Below, in pieces: positions 62,491 to 64,000 of a stretch of DNA of 64,000 bases. Position numbers and translations under genes: made by a program. Position 1 is the first letter of the stretch, and each line of letters opens with the position of its first letter. The DNA lies in NCBI GenBank assembly GCA_965153285.1, contig OZ229125.1. One strand, written 5' to 3'. The notes beneath the pieces are model-generated. The model had not been told where the DNA came from. It made no database searches and was given only the letters and a program-made list of their open reading frames with translations. Source of the DNA: Podarcis tiliguerta (lineage: Eukaryota).

Positions 62491-63530
62491 AAATTGTTGT
62501 GACTCACACTGGAAGGGTGGATAAATAAAATAAAGTTATCATCAGGGTTTGTTTTTTTAGTTTCCAGGCTCATAGGCGCTGCTTTTACTCATTGTTTGTG
62601 GGGCTTGGTTCACTGCCTTGAGTTACCTACACTCCTGACTTGTGGCAGCTTGATATGCTATATTGTGTACAGCACAATATGCTGTATTGTGCTTGGATGC
62701 AGGAAATCAAGGTTCGAGAAATGACTTGACTTGATCCTGGGTGGTGATAATTTCCCAACCTAGCCTACCTCACAGGGTTGTTGTACGAGGCTAAAACACT
62801 GCTCTCGATAGAATCAAGCAACTGTTTATACCCTGGATAACGTAGGCGTAATCTAGAATGCAGGGGAGGTGCCCCACAAGTCCAGGAGGCCAGATGCAAC
62901 TATGCTAGTTATTTGTGGCACATCACTGGCCAGAAAAGGAGGGAATAAAACTAGCTCTCTTCCAGCTTGTTTCCTCCTTTGCAGGATTCTAACGCTACAG
63001 GTGACAAAGCAAGAATTTGCAAAGCTGGCTTAGAACGGAAAGATAAGCAGCCAGGCAAAAACTCTGCCCCTCCATTGCTTCACACACAACGGATCCACGT
63101 GTAAGAGAGAGTTACTCCCTGACACTGCAATTGCCGTTGAACGCTGATGCATCATGCCTGAAAAATCTCAAATCAAAACACTGGCAGGATTAATGGAAGC
63201 CAGGCCTTGTAGATAACGGACGGCAGAGGAGGAAGACTCCAGCATTCACCACTCCCTGCCCCAGATCGCTGAAGCATTCTTCACCTACTCCCTTGCAACA
63301 CAAACGCATAATGCATTCATCACCCTGCTCGTTTATGACGGCTGGCGTGTGCCGCTCAGGATCTGTGCCCTGCAACTAAAATCTTTGCCCTGTTAACCCC
63401 CCTCCTCACAAGAGGAGGCTAATGGGAGGGTCATAAAGGAGGTAGACTGCAAGCGCTCAACACCCCCCTCTCCCAAAAGAAGCACACTTTGAGAAAACTG
63501 TCTGGGTTTGGCTGGAGGCATAGCATACAG

Positions 63531-63710
63531 CAGAACATAGGAAGCTCCCTTATACTGAGTCAGACCATTGGTCCATCTAGCTCAATACTGTCTGCACTGA
63601 CTGGCAGCAGCTCTCCAGGGTGTCAGGCAGGACTCCCCTCCAACCGTACCCGGAGACGCTGGGGATTGAACCTAGCAACCTTCTGCGTGCAAGGCAAATG
63701 CTCTTCGGCT
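63531..63710 (-). mobile_element. tRNA-derived SINE with CR1/LF-SINE-like tail
   Basis: GAACATAGGAAGCT...AGTCAGACCATTGGTCCATCTAGCTCA...GGGATTGAACC. Confidence 0.82.
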
Positions 63711-64000
63711 CCTCAGTTTTTGGAGGCTATTCACATTGTTACTAGGGTAAAAAGGAGCAGGAAATCAAGATGCTTTTTGCAACCACATCACCAGGGTCAC
63801 ACCATTCGAACCACCAGCAGCAAGAGCTGCATTAACTGAGAACAGGCCATTGATGCGCAACAGTAATTACAGCCCCTTATTACCCTGCCTTATCTCCTGC
63901 CCGTCCTCTTTCAGTTGTGTCCCAACATGGCGCCTGTGGGTACAGTGGTACCCTTGAGGTCCAGTCCAGCATCCATGAAGCCTCTGAGTCATGAGACAGT

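Noticed and set aside
63190-63375. 61-aa minus-strand ORF as a further upstream exon or neighbouring gene such as SSR2
   Set aside because: Weak splice sites and no match to any protein I recognise.
50-63839. Most ORFs in the six-frame track
   Set aside because: Short, often starting at non-ATG codons, overlapping SINE/LINE/microsatellite sequence, and lacking splice-phase or homology support.
63900-64000. Plus-strand acceptor-like site followed by CCAACATGGCG and an open frame at the window edge
   Set aside because: Could equally be a YY1 motif with a nearby AP-1 site; truncated by the window and unidentifiable.

Overview
Eukaryotic, repeat-rich vertebrate DNA. The repeats (Sauria SINEs, CR1, L2, palindromic MITEs) point to a squamate, most likely a lacertid lizard. 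The window is almost entirely the 5' part of ARHGEF2 (GEF-H1/Lfc) on the minus strand. The canonical first coding exon (MSRIESLARSRSDRAKEIALK) is at 12231-12293; I found no exon 2, so it presumably lies left of the window. About 27-40 kb further upstream are five more minus-strand exons (52468-52800, 47153-47324, 46118-46229, 43607-43646, 39014-39146) with canonical GT-AG sites. They join in frame (phases 2-0-1-2-0) into a 244-aa alternative N-terminus colinear with the pre-C1 regulatory region of AKAP13/AKAP-Lbc, including the RRHSW PKA/14-3-3 motif. The rest is intronic: SINEs, LINE fragments, MITEs, probable solo LTRs, an old DNA-transposon relic, an 81-bp-stem hairpin next to one long-isoform exon, and several candidate enhancers. 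Almost all ORFs in the supplied track are spurious. Repeat family names and protein similarities come from recall, not database searches, and repeat boundaries are approximate unless TSDs or TIRs are given.
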